Assembly (NCBI GenBank): GCA_964507055.1
Contig: CAZDOJ010000001.1
Coordinates: 273,313-337,312 of the forward strand
Direction of reading: 5' to 3'
Source: an uncultured Gammaproteobacteria bacterium
GTDB lineage: Bacteria; Patescibacteriota; Microgenomatia; Levybacterales; UBA12049
DNA length: 64,000 nt
Part shown: positions 1 through 10,395 of the stretch, piece after piece
How positions within the stretch are numbered: position 1 is the stretch's first letter
Layout of the letters: each line of letters opens with the position of its first letter
Notes under the pieces: generated by a model
Database searches by the model: none
Told to the model about the DNA's origin: nothing
Seen by the model: the letters and a program-made list of their open reading frames with translations, nothing else
Made by a program: the position numbers and the translations under genes

Positions 1-1863
1 GATAAACCACATGGAAAGTTCTTGTCTCTTTATATTTATCAAGCAGACTGACTTCAGTAATTAACGCACTTTGCTTTGCAATATGATCCATCATATCTCC
101 AGTCAAAACAGTGTCCGGTGCAATAATTGCGAGATCCTCAACAATTGGCGGGTACTTACTTGCAGGTTTATAGATACGCTTCTGCTTTACATTTTCCAAA
201 ATGATGTCCATATCAAGTTCAAAATCAATTGTCTTGTCATTAAGAATTTCTATGACGCCTGCATCTTTCTTATTGATAGATACAGAAGCTCCATATCGAT
301 CGTCGGACAAGTGTGTAAAGACAACATCAGTAATGCCAAGCTCATCAAAGAGTTGCTCCACTACCCCTTTGACTTCATAGAAAGAAACCTTTGGATGATG
401 GATGAGTCCAGCAAGTCTGAGCATTTGCTTTGGAAGGTCTTTAGAAGTTCGTTCGAAAACATTTGCGATCTCAAAGAGTTTAATATTTTCATGATCTTGA
501 TTATCTTTGACGACTTTCATGAGCCCTGGAATAATTGTTTTACGCATGTGGACGAATTCTTCAGTCAATGGATTATGGATAGTGACAGCATCATCTTCTG
601 ATCCTGTTAATAAATCTTTGGAAACCATTGGATATGTGTAGACTTCAGTGAATCCCCAATACTTGAGTGAATCCTTGATGTGATCTTCCCAATAAAACTG
701 GTTTTTGTCGACATGGACGTAGTCACTTTGGATTGCTGGTGGTAATTGTCCTGGGATGTTGTGATAGCCGTAGACGCGAGCGATTTCTTCAATAATGTCT
801 TCTTCTATTTGCATATCATCACCAGTCTTCTTGGGCGGTACAGTGACTTCTAGCATAGTGTCTTTTTGTTTTACCCCAAAGCCAAGTTTTGTAAGTATCT
901 CTATGGATTGCTTCAATGGAATTTGTACTCCAACGACCCGATTGATCTTTTCTTCACTAATTGTGATTTTCGTTTCTGTTGGTTTTTGGGGATAGATATC
1001 GATGATGTTTGAAACGATTTTCCCTCCAGCAAGTTTCTCAAAGAGTTTGATTCCTGCGGCAAATGCTTCGTCGATGTATTCTGGATTGATTCCTTTTTCG
1101 TTAAGAACTGCGGCTTCGGTGCGGATGCCGTATTCCATGGAAGCTTTGCGGATCGGAGTTGGTTCGACTGATTCAATGAAAAAAAGGATCCTTTTGGTAT
1201 CGCGGGTCACGACACTATTTGCGGTTCCCATGAGTCCGAGTAAATCGACGATTTCACCTTTGCCATTGTCAGCGACGAGATCTCCGCCTGAAAGAGTATA
1301 TACTTTATCGTCGAGAGTTTTTACTTTTTCACCTTTCTTGGATTCTCGGATGATGAGAGTGTGATTGGTTAGTCTATCGTAATCAAAGACATGTGTTGGA
1401 TGACCGGTTTCACGCATAACGTAATTGGTGATATCGATGACATTATTCAAACTTCGGATTCCTGATGCTTCCAAACGGTCCTTCACAATCTGTGGTGAAT
1501 CTTTGATGGTCACTTCCATGATAACTGCACAAATTCGGTGGACGAGTTTGGGGTCGTTTTTGATTGTCATCGGAAGGTCTTTTTTGATCTTTACCTTGGG
1601 AAGTTCGTATTTTGGTTCAACGAATGTTGCTTTGATGCCGTTTTGTGGCAAGACTGTTCCAGCCTCTCGTGCCAATCCAATGACAGACATGAGATCAGGA
1701 CGATTAGTTGTGACTTCGATATCATAGACGAAATCGTTTTTACCAAATTTTTCGATGTGTTCGACGCCAACACTTGTAAGAGAAAGAAGTTCTCCGATCT
1801 TTTGCGGTGTTGCTGATGTTTTTACATGTTCTCGTAACCACGAGTCTAAGATTTTTATGTTCA
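1..1863 (-). CDS. pheT: phenylalanine--tRNA ligase beta subunit; the N-terminal ~620 aa lie in the window and the C-terminus runs off the left edge
   Basis: Minus-strand ORF starting at the ATG at 1863 (MNIKILDSWLREHV...) with no stop before the window edge. It lies immediately downstream of pheS, with the B3/4 and tRNA-binding-like regions in typical order. Confidence 0.8.
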
Positions 1864-1865
1864 TA

Positions 1866-2915
1866 TTAAAACTGCTTTAAAAAGTCTAGATCGTTTGCGT
1901 ATAAGGTACGCAAATCATCAATCTGGATTCCTTCTTTCATCATGAGCACACGCTCTACTCCCCAACCTGATGCAAATCCTGTGTATTTCGCGGGATCAAT
2001 TCCGCCGGCTTTTAATACATTTGGATGGACCATACCTGCTCCGCCAAGTTCAAGCCAACCTTCTTTGCACAGTCTGCATTTTTCTCGGCCAACTTTGCCT
2101 GTACCACGGCAAACGCCACATGATACATCAGTTTCGAATGATGGTTCTGTAAATCGGAAATTGTATGGACGGATGCGGGATTTTCTATTCTCCCCGAAAT
2201 AGGATTTGACGAAGTAATCGAGTACACCTTTGAGGTGAGCGATCGAAATATTCTCGCCAACGACCAATGTCTCAAACTGATGGAATGCCGGTGTGTGACT
2301 GACATCAATCTGTCTTCGATAGACTTTAGCAATGTTAAGCATTTTGAATGGTGGCTTCACTTTTTCCATATGCTGGACTTGTCCTGTTGAAGTATGGACA
2401 TTGAGCATCATGCGACCTTTTTGGTGATGTGGTGGCTCGGCGATATAAAAAGTTTCGAGATCATCTCGTGCTGGATGATTTTGTGGGAAATTAAGTGCAG
2501 TGAAATTGTACCAATCCCAACTGATTTCAGGATATCGTTCGCGGGTAAATCCGATGCTTTCAAAAATTGTCGTAATCTCACGGATTGCTTGAGTAACCAA
2601 ATGAAGGTGTCCGAGTTCTGGCCGTTTGCCTGGTTCGGTGACATCGAGTTTGGGACGATTTGTGACTTTAATGTCTTTGAGCTCTTTTTGTTTGTTTTTA
2701 AGGGTATCTTCGATGATGGTTTTGACTTCATTGACGACTCTTCCTGCTTCCGGTTTGTCTGCGGCAGGGATTGTTTTCATTTCTTTCATCGCTTCGGTAA
2801 GAGTTCCATTACGACCAAGGAAATGAAGTCGGAGTTCTTCGAGTTCTGGGAGAGACTTTGCGTCAATGATGAGGGAAAGTGCGGTATTTTTGATTTGTAG
2901 TAATTTTTCTTTCAT
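1866..2915 (-). CDS. pheS: phenylalanine--tRNA ligase alpha subunit
   Basis: 349 aa. Class II aaRS motifs are present (FTEPSFETDV, Cys-rich CRLCKEGWLELGGAGMVHPNVL), and it sits directly upstream of pheT. Confidence 0.95.
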   Translation of the reverse strand: MKEKLLQIKNTALSLIIDAKSLPELEELRLHFLGRNGTLTEAMKEMKTIPAADKPEAGRVVNEVKTIIEDTLKNKQKELKDIKVTNRPKLDVTEPGKRPELGHLHLVTQAIREITTIFESIGFTRERYPEISWDWYNFTALNFPQNHPARDDLETFYIAEPPHHQKGRMMLNVHTSTGQVQHMEKVKPPFKMLNIAKVYRRQIDVSHTPAFHQFETLVVGENISIAHLKGVLDYFVKSYFGENRKSRIRPYNFRFTEPSFETDVSCGVCRGTGKVGREKCRLCKEGWLELGGAGMVHPNVLKAGGIDPAKYTGFASGWGVERVLMMKEGIQIDDLRTLYANDLDFLKQF

Positions 2916-2968
2916 GTTTTAACTTGTTTATTATAATACTTTTATCTGAGCTTGTCGAAGGTTCTTAT

Positions 2969-3550
2969 TTACTTCGTAACCAACAAAAAGGTTGTATAGA
3001 CGTCCTGTTTGTCTTGTAAACCTTTTTCGATAATCTTCAATCCATATATTTGTGCAAGTACTTGGCTTCCCATTACAGCAGTCGTCTTTGGGAGTTTTTC
3101 TTCAGAAAGATATTGTGCTACTTTTGCGTGATCGATCAGTTCTCCTTCTCCGACAGTTTGTTTCAACTGAGGATACTTACTTTCAAGATTATTTTTGCAC
3201 TGAGCAAAAACCTGGGGATGGGCCATTACTTTCTCAATCTCTGCAAAAGGAGTATCTTTTCGAGTCATCAATGCATGCTCAATCTTCAGTTTGTAGTCAC
3301 CACGTAATGTGAAATTGTATTTCCCCATGGCACGGATACTTTCATGGACGATCCCACCGATTGAGTTATGGACTGCGAATTGCCCAAATTCGATCTCCCC
3401 AGCCTGCAGTGCATGCAACACATTTTCTGTCGTATGTAGATGTTTGATGTGATAATTTTGCAACTTATTCACACGAATGTATGTTATCGCAGCTTCTTCA
3501 TTAAAACTCCCTCTGCCACCTTGAATGCCGATAATATGTTTGTTCATCAT
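2969..3550 (-). CDS. pheA: prephenate dehydratase (PDT domain only, no ACT domain)
   Basis: 193 aa with the PDT fold signature (IGIQGGRGSFNEEAA ... TRKDTPF ... AHPQVFAQC). Its start overlaps the stop of the upstream aminotransferase by 4 nt. Confidence 0.8.
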   Translation of the reverse strand: MMNKHIIGIQGGRGSFNEEAAITYIRVNKLQNYHIKHLHTTENVLHALQAGEIEFGQFAVHNSIGGIVHESIRAMGKYNFTLRGDYKLKIEHALMTRKDTPFAEIEKVMAHPQVFAQCKNNLESKYPQLKQTVGEGELIDHAKVAQYLSEEKLPKTTAVMGSQVLAQIYGLKIIEKGLQDKQDVYTTFLLVTK

Positions 3551-4695
3551 AGGTATTGATCAATTGCATCGATGTTGACGCAAATACTAATTCTCACAAA
3601 TCGCTTGCCATTTTCTCCAAATGCAGTTCCGGGTGTAACAAGAATTTGTTTTTCATTCAGGAGCTTCATTGTGTAGGTTTCAGCATCTTGCTCTTCATCT
3701 GGAATTTTTGCCCAGATATAGAGACTCGCTTTGGGTAAAGTGAATGTCAGTCCAAGTTTTTCCAAATAATTTGCGATGATATCACGACGTGCTTTATAAT
3801 TTTGGAGCATATCCTTTTGCCATGCTTCATCAGGGTTATTCAAAATATATGCACCCAATTGCTGCAATGGTCTGGCGATTCCTGAATCCATTTGTGACTT
3901 TATTTTGGCAAAGGTTGCGATGATATCTTTATTTCCCACGATCCACCCAAGTCTGTATCCAGCAAGTGAAAATGATTTAGAGAATGAATTAATTTCAACA
4001 GCTACATCTTTAGCACCTGGAACTTGCAAAATACTTGGTGCGATGTACCCATCAAACGTAATTTCAGAATAGGCATTATCGTACACGATGAAAATATTAT
4101 GTTCTTTTGCGAATGCTACAAGCTCTGTAAGTTCTTCAATTGAAATGATCTGCCCAAGTGGATTGGATGGGAAATTTACCCACATGAATTTCGTTTTATC
4201 CGTGACTTTGGATCGTAAATCTTCAAGATCTATTCTGTAATCTTTACTTTCATCAAGTGTATACATGACTGCTTTTGCTCCAATCATTAATGCAGGCCCT
4301 GCAAACCCTTGATATCCTGGGTCAGGGATTAAGACTTCATCACCTTCATTAAGAAATGCTAATGGTAAGAGTGCAATGACTTGTTTCTCTCCGACTGATG
4401 AATAAACTTCATCTTGTTCAAGATCAATAGCAAATCGCTTTTTATGCCAATCGATCAATGCGTCGCGAAATTCAGGAAGTGGTCCATAACCGGGATACAT
4501 ATGTGCTGCAGAGTCATTGATGAATTCACCAAGCTTTGCCACATATTTTGCACTTGGTGGAACATCCGGCGAACCAGCACCAAAGTTGAGGACTTTTCTT
4601 CCTGTTTCTTTTTCTACACGGGCAACCTCTTTGTTTAACCTTGAAAATATATATTCTGGGAAATTATTAATTCGTTGTGCTGGTGTTATCTTCAT
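3547..4695 (-). CDS. PLP-dependent aminotransferase class I/II (aromatic/aspartate or LL-DAP type)
   Basis: 382 aa carrying the PLP-lysine motif SFSKSFSLAGYRLGW and an NFPSNPLG-like box. It is translationally coupled on both sides (4-nt overlaps). Confidence 0.85.
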   Translation of the reverse strand: MKITPAQRINNFPEYIFSRLNKEVARVEKETGRKVLNFGAGSPDVPPSAKYVAKLGEFINDSAAHMYPGYGPLPEFRDALIDWHKKRFAIDLEQDEVYSSVGEKQVIALLPLAFLNEGDEVLIPDPGYQGFAGPALMIGAKAVMYTLDESKDYRIDLEDLRSKVTDKTKFMWVNFPSNPLGQIISIEELTELVAFAKEHNIFIVYDNAYSEITFDGYIAPSILQVPGAKDVAVEINSFSKSFSLAGYRLGWIVGNKDIIATFAKIKSQMDSGIARPLQQLGAYILNNPDEAWQKDMLQNYKARRDIIANYLEKLGLTFTLPKASLYIWAKIPDEEQDAETYTMKLLNEKQILVTPGTAFGENGKRFVRISICVNIDAIDQYL

Positions 4696-4967
4696 ACTTC
4701 TTTTTCTACGTTCAATGCTTCCTGATGGATCAGTTCATAGATATCTTTGACCAATTCCTGCGATAAGCCTTTCTCTTCTGCTTGGACAAGTTTTGATTGC
4801 AAAACCTGTTCCCACCGTTTTGGATCAAGCGGTGGAAGATTATTTTCCTTTTTGTACCTTCCCACACGCTTTACAACAGCCATTCGTTGGGCTAATGCGT
4901 CAAGCAAATGCTTATCAGCTGCATCAATTTCTTGTCGCATCTCTTCAAGTGAATCTGTTTTGGTCAT
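4692..4967 (-). CDS. chorismate mutase, AroQ class
   Basis: 91 aa all-helical protein (EEMRQEIDAADKHLLDALAQRMAVVKRVGRYK...) matching the AroQ CM fold. It is the first gene of an operon with the aminotransferase and PDT. Confidence 0.7.
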   Translation of the reverse strand: MTKTDSLEEMRQEIDAADKHLLDALAQRMAVVKRVGRYKKENNLPPLDPKRWEQVLQSKLVQAEEKGLSQELVKDIYELIHQEALNVEKEV

Positions 4968-5035
4968 AGTTATTTATACTAGCATGCTTAACCGATGTAA
5001 ATCAGCTAAATGTATATAGAGCTCATTGCAGAAGC

Positions 5036-5479
5036 TTACCAACCTCTTCTTCTTCCCATAGACGCACTTGCGGTGCTCTGCGACCCGTTTCGTATTTCAT
5101 TGCCTTCTGAGATGGTTGCTTGGCTTCTGAATTTCCTTGTAAGTGCTTGAGCATCAACAACTGCTTCAACTCCTGGAGTTAACTCACGTGCACCTCTACC
5201 ATGCTTATCTAGGGTAAATTTTAAGGTTTCGTCTCCCAATTGAGGAGCTCGAACTTCAATACGAGAGTTTTTATCTCCTGGAATAACATTTGTTGTATCT
5301 ACCATTACTTCTTGTGGGAGTAAAGGAGAGTTATCAAATCGTTTTCTCCATTGTGGGATATTAGCAATACGATCTTCCCAAACAACTTCTTGTCCGTCTC
5401 TGGATTTGTATTGTACTGTTATTCCATCGGGACTAAATTGTGCTACTGAATCTGATCTTCGTTCTGTCATATAAATCAC
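5036..5479 (-). CDS. hypothetical protein
   Basis: 147-aa ORF between the rplT terminator and the chorismate mutase gene, with no recognisable motif. Confidence 0.4.
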   Translation of the reverse strand: MIYMTERRSDSVAQFSPDGITVQYKSRDGQEVVWEDRIANIPQWRKRFDNSPLLPQEVMVDTTNVIPGDKNSRIEVRAPQLGDETLKFTLDKHGRGARELTPGVEAVVDAQALTRKFRSQATISEGNEIRNGSQSTASASMGRRRGW

Positions 5480-5489
5480 CCCCTTTAAC

Positions 5490-5518
5490 GCAAAAAAACC
5501 TCCCTTTTGGGGGAGGTT
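5490..5518 (-). terminator. rho-independent terminator of the thrS-infC-rpmI-rplT operon
   Basis: On the minus strand, an 8-bp GC-rich stem (AACCTCCC/GGGAGGTT) with a TTTTGG loop is followed by TTTTTTT, about 100 nt after the rplT stop. Confidence 0.75.
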
Positions 5519-5622
5519 CGGTAAATGTTTTACCTAGTGTTTGCTAATTCTAAGCAGCAAACACTCCTCCCTGAGGGGAAGTAAAGTAAAACCAAAAATA
5601 AGCTCGTGAATTGATTGTCATA

Positions 5623-5976
5623 TTATTTTGCAGCCTTTACTGCGTTAACAACATGTTTGAATGCTGCTGGATCTTCAACGATCAAATTACTCAAAGACTT
5701 TCGGTCAAGACCGATTTGTGCCTTTTGTAGTTTGTTGATGAATACACTGTATGAGATTCCTTCTTTTTTGACAGCTTCAGAAATACGTGTAATCCAAAGT
5801 GTTCGGAAGTCTTGCTTTCGGATCTTTCGACCATTGTATGCATATTGGCCTGCGTGGAGTGCTGCTTCTCGAGCAACTTTAACCAACTTACTTTTTGTTC
5901 CACGATATCCCTTTGTCAAAGACAAAAGTTTATTGTGTTTTCTTCGTGATACTAATCCTCTTTTAATTCTAGCCAT
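5623..5976 (-). CDS. rplT: 50S ribosomal protein L20
   Basis: 117 aa: MARIKRGLVSRRKHNKLLSLTKGYRG ... a canonical L20. Confidence 0.95.
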   Translation of the reverse strand: MARIKRGLVSRRKHNKLLSLTKGYRGTKSKLVKVAREAALHAGQYAYNGRKIRKQDFRTLWITRISEAVKKEGISYSVFINKLQKAQIGLDRKSLSNLIVEDPAAFKHVVNAVKAAK

Positions 5977-5986
5977 AATTTCCTTT

Positions 5987-6199
5987 CTATCCCAATGCCA
6001 TCATTTGCTTAATTTTCTTTGCAAATTTGCCTGTCAATTCTGCTGGTTCTTTCAATCTTCGGAGTCTTCTCTTGGATTTACCAATTTTCAAATGTCCACC
6101 AAATTGTTTACCATGCATGACTTTACCAGTTTTTGTAACTTTAAATCGCTTTGTTACAGCACTTTTTGTTTTTTTCTTTAATTTCATTGCTTTTTTCAT
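5987..6199 (-). CDS. rpmI: 50S ribosomal protein L35
   Basis: 70 aa basic protein (MKKAMKLKKKTKSAVTKRFKVTKTGKV) lying between infC and rplT. Confidence 0.9.
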   Translation of the reverse strand: MKKAMKLKKKTKSAVTKRFKVTKTGKVMHGKQFGGHLKIGKSKRRLRRLKEPAELTGKFAKKIKQMMALG

Positions 6200-6201
6200 A
6201 A

Positions 6202-6789
6202 TTATTCTTTTGATGGTTCAGTTTCTCCATCTGTTCCTTCTTTTACTTTTTTACCTTTTTCCGGTGACATCAGTGCTACCATCTGTCTTCCTTCAAACTT
6301 TGCTTCTCGGTCTACTTTGGAAATGTCACTTAAAGAGTCAACGACTTTTTGAATAACTTCCCGTCCAAATTCTGACCTTGTTATTTGTCTTCCTCTGAAC
6401 TTTACAACTAATCTAATCTTGTCCCCGTCTTCCAAGAATTCTCGTCCGCGTCTGATCATAACTTGTAGATCATTGTCAGACATAAAAGGACCAAGGCGAA
6501 TTTCCTTGGTTTCAGAAGTTTTGGCTTTCTTCTTCTCTTCCTGTTTCTTCTTCGAGAGTTGGTATAAGAACTTGTTGTAGTCGATTATCTTTGCAACCGG
6601 TGGCTTTGCCATTGGTGCAACTTCAACTAAATCAAGTCCTTGTTCTTCAGCAAGTCGTAAAGCTTCTTCCTTTGTTAAAACTCCAACCTGTTTACCTTCT
6701 ACATCCAGCACACGAAGCTGTGAGGCGAAGATCCGTCCGTTAATTCTGTATCGTTTCTCTTGCTGTTTAAATTTAGATCTTTTTTGCAA
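6202..6789 (-). CDS. infC: translation initiation factor IF-3 (start codon uncertain, probably non-ATG internal to this ORF)
   Basis: IF3 N-terminal and C-terminal domain motifs (RINGRIFASQLRVLDVEGKQVGVLTKEEALRLAEEQGLDLVEV ... LVVKFRGRQ). The ORF overlaps the 3' end of thrS. Confidence 0.9.
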   Translation of the reverse strand: MQKRSKFKQQEKRYRINGRIFASQLRVLDVEGKQVGVLTKEEALRLAEEQGLDLVEVAPMAKPPVAKIIDYNKFLYQLSKKKQEEKKKAKTSETKEIRLGPFMSDNDLQVMIRRGREFLEDGDKIRLVVKFRGRQITRSEFGREVIQKVVDSLSDISKVDREAKFEGRQMVALMSPEKGKKVKEGTDGETEPSKE

Positions 6790-8530
6790 TGTTTTTTAGT
6801 AATACCTCAAGAAATGCATCGGTCTTGATCGATCCAAGATCTTCTCCATTTCTCTTACGCACTGAAACTGCCGATTCGGCAATTTCTTTGTCCCCTATTA
6901 TACCCATAAATGGTACTTTTTGTAAAGTAGCGTCTCTGATCTTTGCTTGAAGTCGCTCCGAACGTGTGTCAAGCTCTGCTCTAATTCCAGCATTTTGAAG
7001 CTGTTCTATAACTTTTTGTCCAAATTCGATGTGACGATCAGCGATTGGTAAAAGTGTCACTTGGACCGGTGCAAGCCATAATGGGAACGCTCCAGCGAAG
7101 TGTTCGATCAAAAATGCCATTACCCTTTCGAGTGCTCCGATGGATGAACGATGGATAACAATTGGTTGTTGTTCTTCTCCTTGTTCATTAATATATTTCA
7201 AATCAAATCGCTTTGGCATGACGAAATCATATTGGACTGTAAATGCGGTATCTTCTTTGCCGTTTACATTTTTCATCTGGACGTCGATCTTTGGTCCATA
7301 AAATGCTGCTTCCGCTTCTGCTTCTACAAAATGTGCTTTTCTTTCCTTTAGTGCTTTACGCAATGTATCCTCAGCTTTATCCCATGCTGCATCATCTTTA
7401 AAGTATTTTTTCTCATCTGCTCTATCTCCAAGTGAAAGTCGATAATGATAATCTTTCCCAAATTCGAGGTGAAAACTACTCGCGATATATTCGATAAGAT
7501 CTAGTACTTTATGGATTTCTTCTTCTGCCTGATTGGCTCGAGCAATGATATGTGCGTCAGCAAGCGTGAATGAACGGACACGCTGCAAACCAGATAATTC
7601 GCCTGATTGTTCATAGCGATAGAGTTTTGCCAATTCTGCATATCGCATCGGAAGTTCGCGATAACTATGTGGCTTATCCAAATATAATTCAAAATGATGT
7701 GGACATGTCATCGGACGAAGCATGAATTGCTCATCATCAATTGTAATTGGTGCATACATCGAATCTTTGTAATACGGGTAGTGTCCAGACTTTTCGTAAA
7801 GTGCTATATTTGCGAGATCTGGTGTATAGACATGGAGATATCCACGCTTTAATTCTTCATCCACGATAAATCGTTCCAAAATACGTCGGACTGTCGATCC
7901 TTTCGGAGTCCAAAGAGGTAATCCTTTGCCGACTGTCTCTGAGAAAACGAATAAATCAAGTTCTTTCCCAAGCTTTTTGTGATCTCGTGCTTTTGCTTCT
8001 TCGAGCATTTGGAGATGGTCATCAAGTTCTTTTTGTGTTCGCCAAGCTGTCCCATACACACGGGTAAGCATCTTATTCTTCTCATCGCCTCTCCAATATG
8101 CTCCAGCGATCGAAAGCAATTTGAAAGCTCCAATATCTTTCCGAGGATCTTCGCTATGTCCACCTCGACAAAGATCTTCAAAATGTCCTGCTTTATAAAA
8201 TGTGAGTTTCTCACCACGTTCGGCAATCCCATCAATTAACTCGAGCTTATATGGATTATCCTTATAAAATTCCCGTGCTTCTTTCTCTGTAACTTCTCTG
8301 TGTGTGAACCCTTCCCAATCTTTCAAAGTATCTGCCATTTTCTTCTCAATCTTCGGAAGATCTGCATCTGTGATAGGTTTTACGAAGTCAAAGTCATAAT
8401 AAAATCCATTCTCGATTGCTGGACCGATGGTTAATTTGGTATCAGGATACATGCGAAGTACTGCCGCAGCCAAAAGATGTGCAGCCGAATGCCGAAGTTC
8501 TTCGAGGTGATTGGAATCAGAATGGCTCAT
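6773..8530 (-). CDS. thrS: threonine--tRNA ligase (short form lacking the N-terminal TGS domain)
   Basis: 585 aa carrying the editing-domain HxxxH motif (HSAAHLL), class II motifs and a C-terminal anticodon-binding domain. Confidence 0.95.
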   Translation of the reverse strand: MSHSDSNHLEELRHSAAHLLAAAVLRMYPDTKLTIGPAIENGFYYDFDFVKPITDADLPKIEKKMADTLKDWEGFTHREVTEKEAREFYKDNPYKLELIDGIAERGEKLTFYKAGHFEDLCRGGHSEDPRKDIGAFKLLSIAGAYWRGDEKNKMLTRVYGTAWRTQKELDDHLQMLEEAKARDHKKLGKELDLFVFSETVGKGLPLWTPKGSTVRRILERFIVDEELKRGYLHVYTPDLANIALYEKSGHYPYYKDSMYAPITIDDEQFMLRPMTCPHHFELYLDKPHSYRELPMRYAELAKLYRYEQSGELSGLQRVRSFTLADAHIIARANQAEEEIHKVLDLIEYIASSFHLEFGKDYHYRLSLGDRADEKKYFKDDAAWDKAEDTLRKALKERKAHFVEAEAEAAFYGPKIDVQMKNVNGKEDTAFTVQYDFVMPKRFDLKYINEQGEEQQPIVIHRSSIGALERVMAFLIEHFAGAFPLWLAPVQVTLLPIADRHIEFGQKVIEQLQNAGIRAELDTRSERLQAKIRDATLQKVPFMGIIGDKEIAESAVSVRKRNGEDLGSIKTDAFLEVLLKNIAKKI

Positions 8531-8597
8531 GTAGGCATTATAGTAAAAAAGTTGAGGTTTATAAAGGGATAATTATAAAAAATTGAATACACTAAAT

Positions 8598-9440
8598 TTA
8601 TTTTTCTGTAGAGGTTTTGTACACGGATATATAGTCTCCGATACTTATACCTAAATCTGTTAGTCCATGTCCAGGCCGAATTCTCTTTGGATTATCGTAT
8701 TGTGGCACAATACAAATGCCTAAGTTTTGAAGTTTTTCAACACTCTTTATCACTAGAAATGTTGGAGTTCCATTCGCGATTGATTGAGAAATGTCTAGAA
8801 TCCATTTGTTATATATTACGAAAGGGTTTAGTTCTGGATCAGTTGAAGTATGGCCAATTTGGTCCAATATAGGTTTCTCTTCATAGATTTGAAAACAAGC
8901 TTTTAATACGAGTAAATCCATAGAGCTAAGTTCCTTACATAATTTCATATATTGATATCCTAAAATTTCAGATTGTTCCCCAGAATCTTTGGAAATACTG
9001 TAAAAGAAAATAGATTTCATTGCTTGAAAAACAGTTTCATCAGGTGTCTCCGAGTTATCAATGTAATTCATAAGTTCAACAAATGATGCCTGATTTGTTG
9101 TAATGTCCCAATAATCATCTTTGGTTTTTCCTTTTGACTGATAGTTCTTAAGTTCTTTAAAAAATTGATCTAATAATCGGAGTTTGATCCCAGATTGTAC
9201 TAAATGTCCAAATGAGAGGACCAGATCTTTCTTATCTGACGCCAAAATTCCAGTAGCTATCTCTGTGATTACTGAAGCTGGTTTCTGAATATAGCGTTGC
9301 ACGGTGCTAAGATCTGTTTGTACACTAATACCCGAATCCTTAATTACAATACCAATTTTTGTTTTATCCTTGTCTTTCATGCTCACATTATACCATTCAT
9401 AAAAGTAATCATTGGTAATCTCGGTGTGGTTTGAGCACAT
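8598..9440 (-). CDS. hypothetical protein (about 280 aa; the longest ORF reaches 9530 but a start at the internal Met at 9440 avoids overlap with the upstream gene)
   Basis: Long ORF with no recognisable motif, translationally coupled to the JAB-domain gene upstream. Confidence 0.45.
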   Translation of the reverse strand: MCSNHTEITNDYFYEWYNVSMKDKDKTKIGIVIKDSGISVQTDLSTVQRYIQKPASVITEIATGILASDKKDLVLSFGHLVQSGIKLRLLDQFFKELKNYQSKGKTKDDYWDITTNQASFVELMNYIDNSETPDETVFQAMKSIFFYSISKDSGEQSEILGYQYMKLCKELSSMDLLVLKACFQIYEEKPILDQIGHTSTDPELNPFVIYNKWILDISQSIANGTPTFLVIKSVEKLQNLGICIVPQYDNPKRIRPGHGLTDLGISIGDYISVYKTSTEK

Positions 9441-9445
9441 TTTTG

Positions 9446-10090
9446 TTAGCTTGCTTGCAATAAAACTTGTTGGTCTGGTGGGGAGCTGTAGATTTTTAAG
9501 TGATATTTCTGAGCCATTCTTGTGAGCCAATGCATTCTATCTTGTACTTCGTTTGCATTAGGAAAGTTCGTAATATCTTCAGGCAAATGATGTGGTGTTT
9601 CATCTGTTCGAACGATAACCATATTGGCACTTGGAGTGATGACCACACTTGCTGCGAGAGGAATTGTCAACTTTTCACTTGAAAAAAGCATTTGTATGTC
9701 TGTAGGCGAGAACGAAATATCATGGGCTCCATGTGTGTGCATATCCGCAGCTAAATATTGATCTTGTGTAAGATCAATACTATGATGAACAGAATTCTCA
9801 TCTCCTCGTACATTGTCCGTGAATGAATATTTATTCTCTTCCCAATTCAATACCAAGGATGTAGCATATTCAGCTTGCGAAGGATCGTCCTCTGATAATT
9901 GTCTTATTTGATTGATTCTTTCTGCGTGTTCTCCCAGATCTATTTTCTGGGGTAACTCATCGTACCGGACAAAGCCAGGTTCTTTTAAAGAATGAGTGAG
10001 AAAATCCTCTAATGTTGCTGTCTCGCCAAGTTTTTCTCGAGAAGGAAGAATCGCTTTTGGTTCAAATCCTTCATTTCCAATTTCACTCAT
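9446..10090 (-). CDS. JAB/MPN(+)-domain metalloprotease-like protein (RadC/JAMM-like)
   Basis: 214 aa containing an exact JAMM motif H-x-H-x7-S-x2-D (HTHGAHDISFSPTD), with an upstream acidic residue. Confidence 0.55.
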   Translation of the reverse strand: MSEIGNEGFEPKAILPSREKLGETATLEDFLTHSLKEPGFVRYDELPQKIDLGEHAERINQIRQLSEDDPSQAEYATSLVLNWEENKYSFTDNVRGDENSVHHSIDLTQDQYLAADMHTHGAHDISFSPTDIQMLFSSEKLTIPLAASVVITPSANMVIVRTDETPHHLPEDITNFPNANEVQDRMHWLTRMAQKYHLKIYSSPPDQQVLLQAS

Positions 10091-10131
10091 ATTACTTCTA
10101 GTGTAGCAAATGTCGAGTAAAAGAATCTTTA

Positions 10132-10395
10132 CTATTCTTTAAGCAATTTTTCCAACATAGAAGTGAATATTTGAATTGTTTCCTCTCTCGAAAACTTTTT
10201 CCCCTTGATTGATGTATTGGCCATTGAACTGAGTTGAGAGATAACTTCAGCGAGATGTTTGTTTTTCAATACTCTATTCCTCGACTGCTCAGTTATTCCA
10301 ATCATAGTAACAGAGCTAAAGGTTTTTTTACCTTCAATATATTCAAGCATCGCTTCCATAAGTTCTAATTTTAATTGGTTTTCTCGATCATTCAT
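10132..10395 (-). CDS. hypothetical small protein (87 aa)
   Basis: ORF overlapping the XRE regulator gene by 4 nt (ATGA); no motif recognised. Confidence 0.45.
   Translation of the reverse strand: MNDRENQLKLELMEAMLEYIEGKKTFSSVTMIGITEQSRNRVLKNKHLAEVISQLSSMANTSIKGKKFSREETIQIFTSMLEKLLKE

Noticed and set aside
71-1816. Several plus-strand ORFs of 60-176 aa at the left end
   Set aside because: They are antisense to the long, well-conserved pheT reading frame, with low-complexity translations.
5615-6356. Plus-strand ORFs of 188 aa and 109 aa
   Set aside because: They are antisense to rplT/rpmI/infC, and the ribosomal-protein frames are clearly the real ones.
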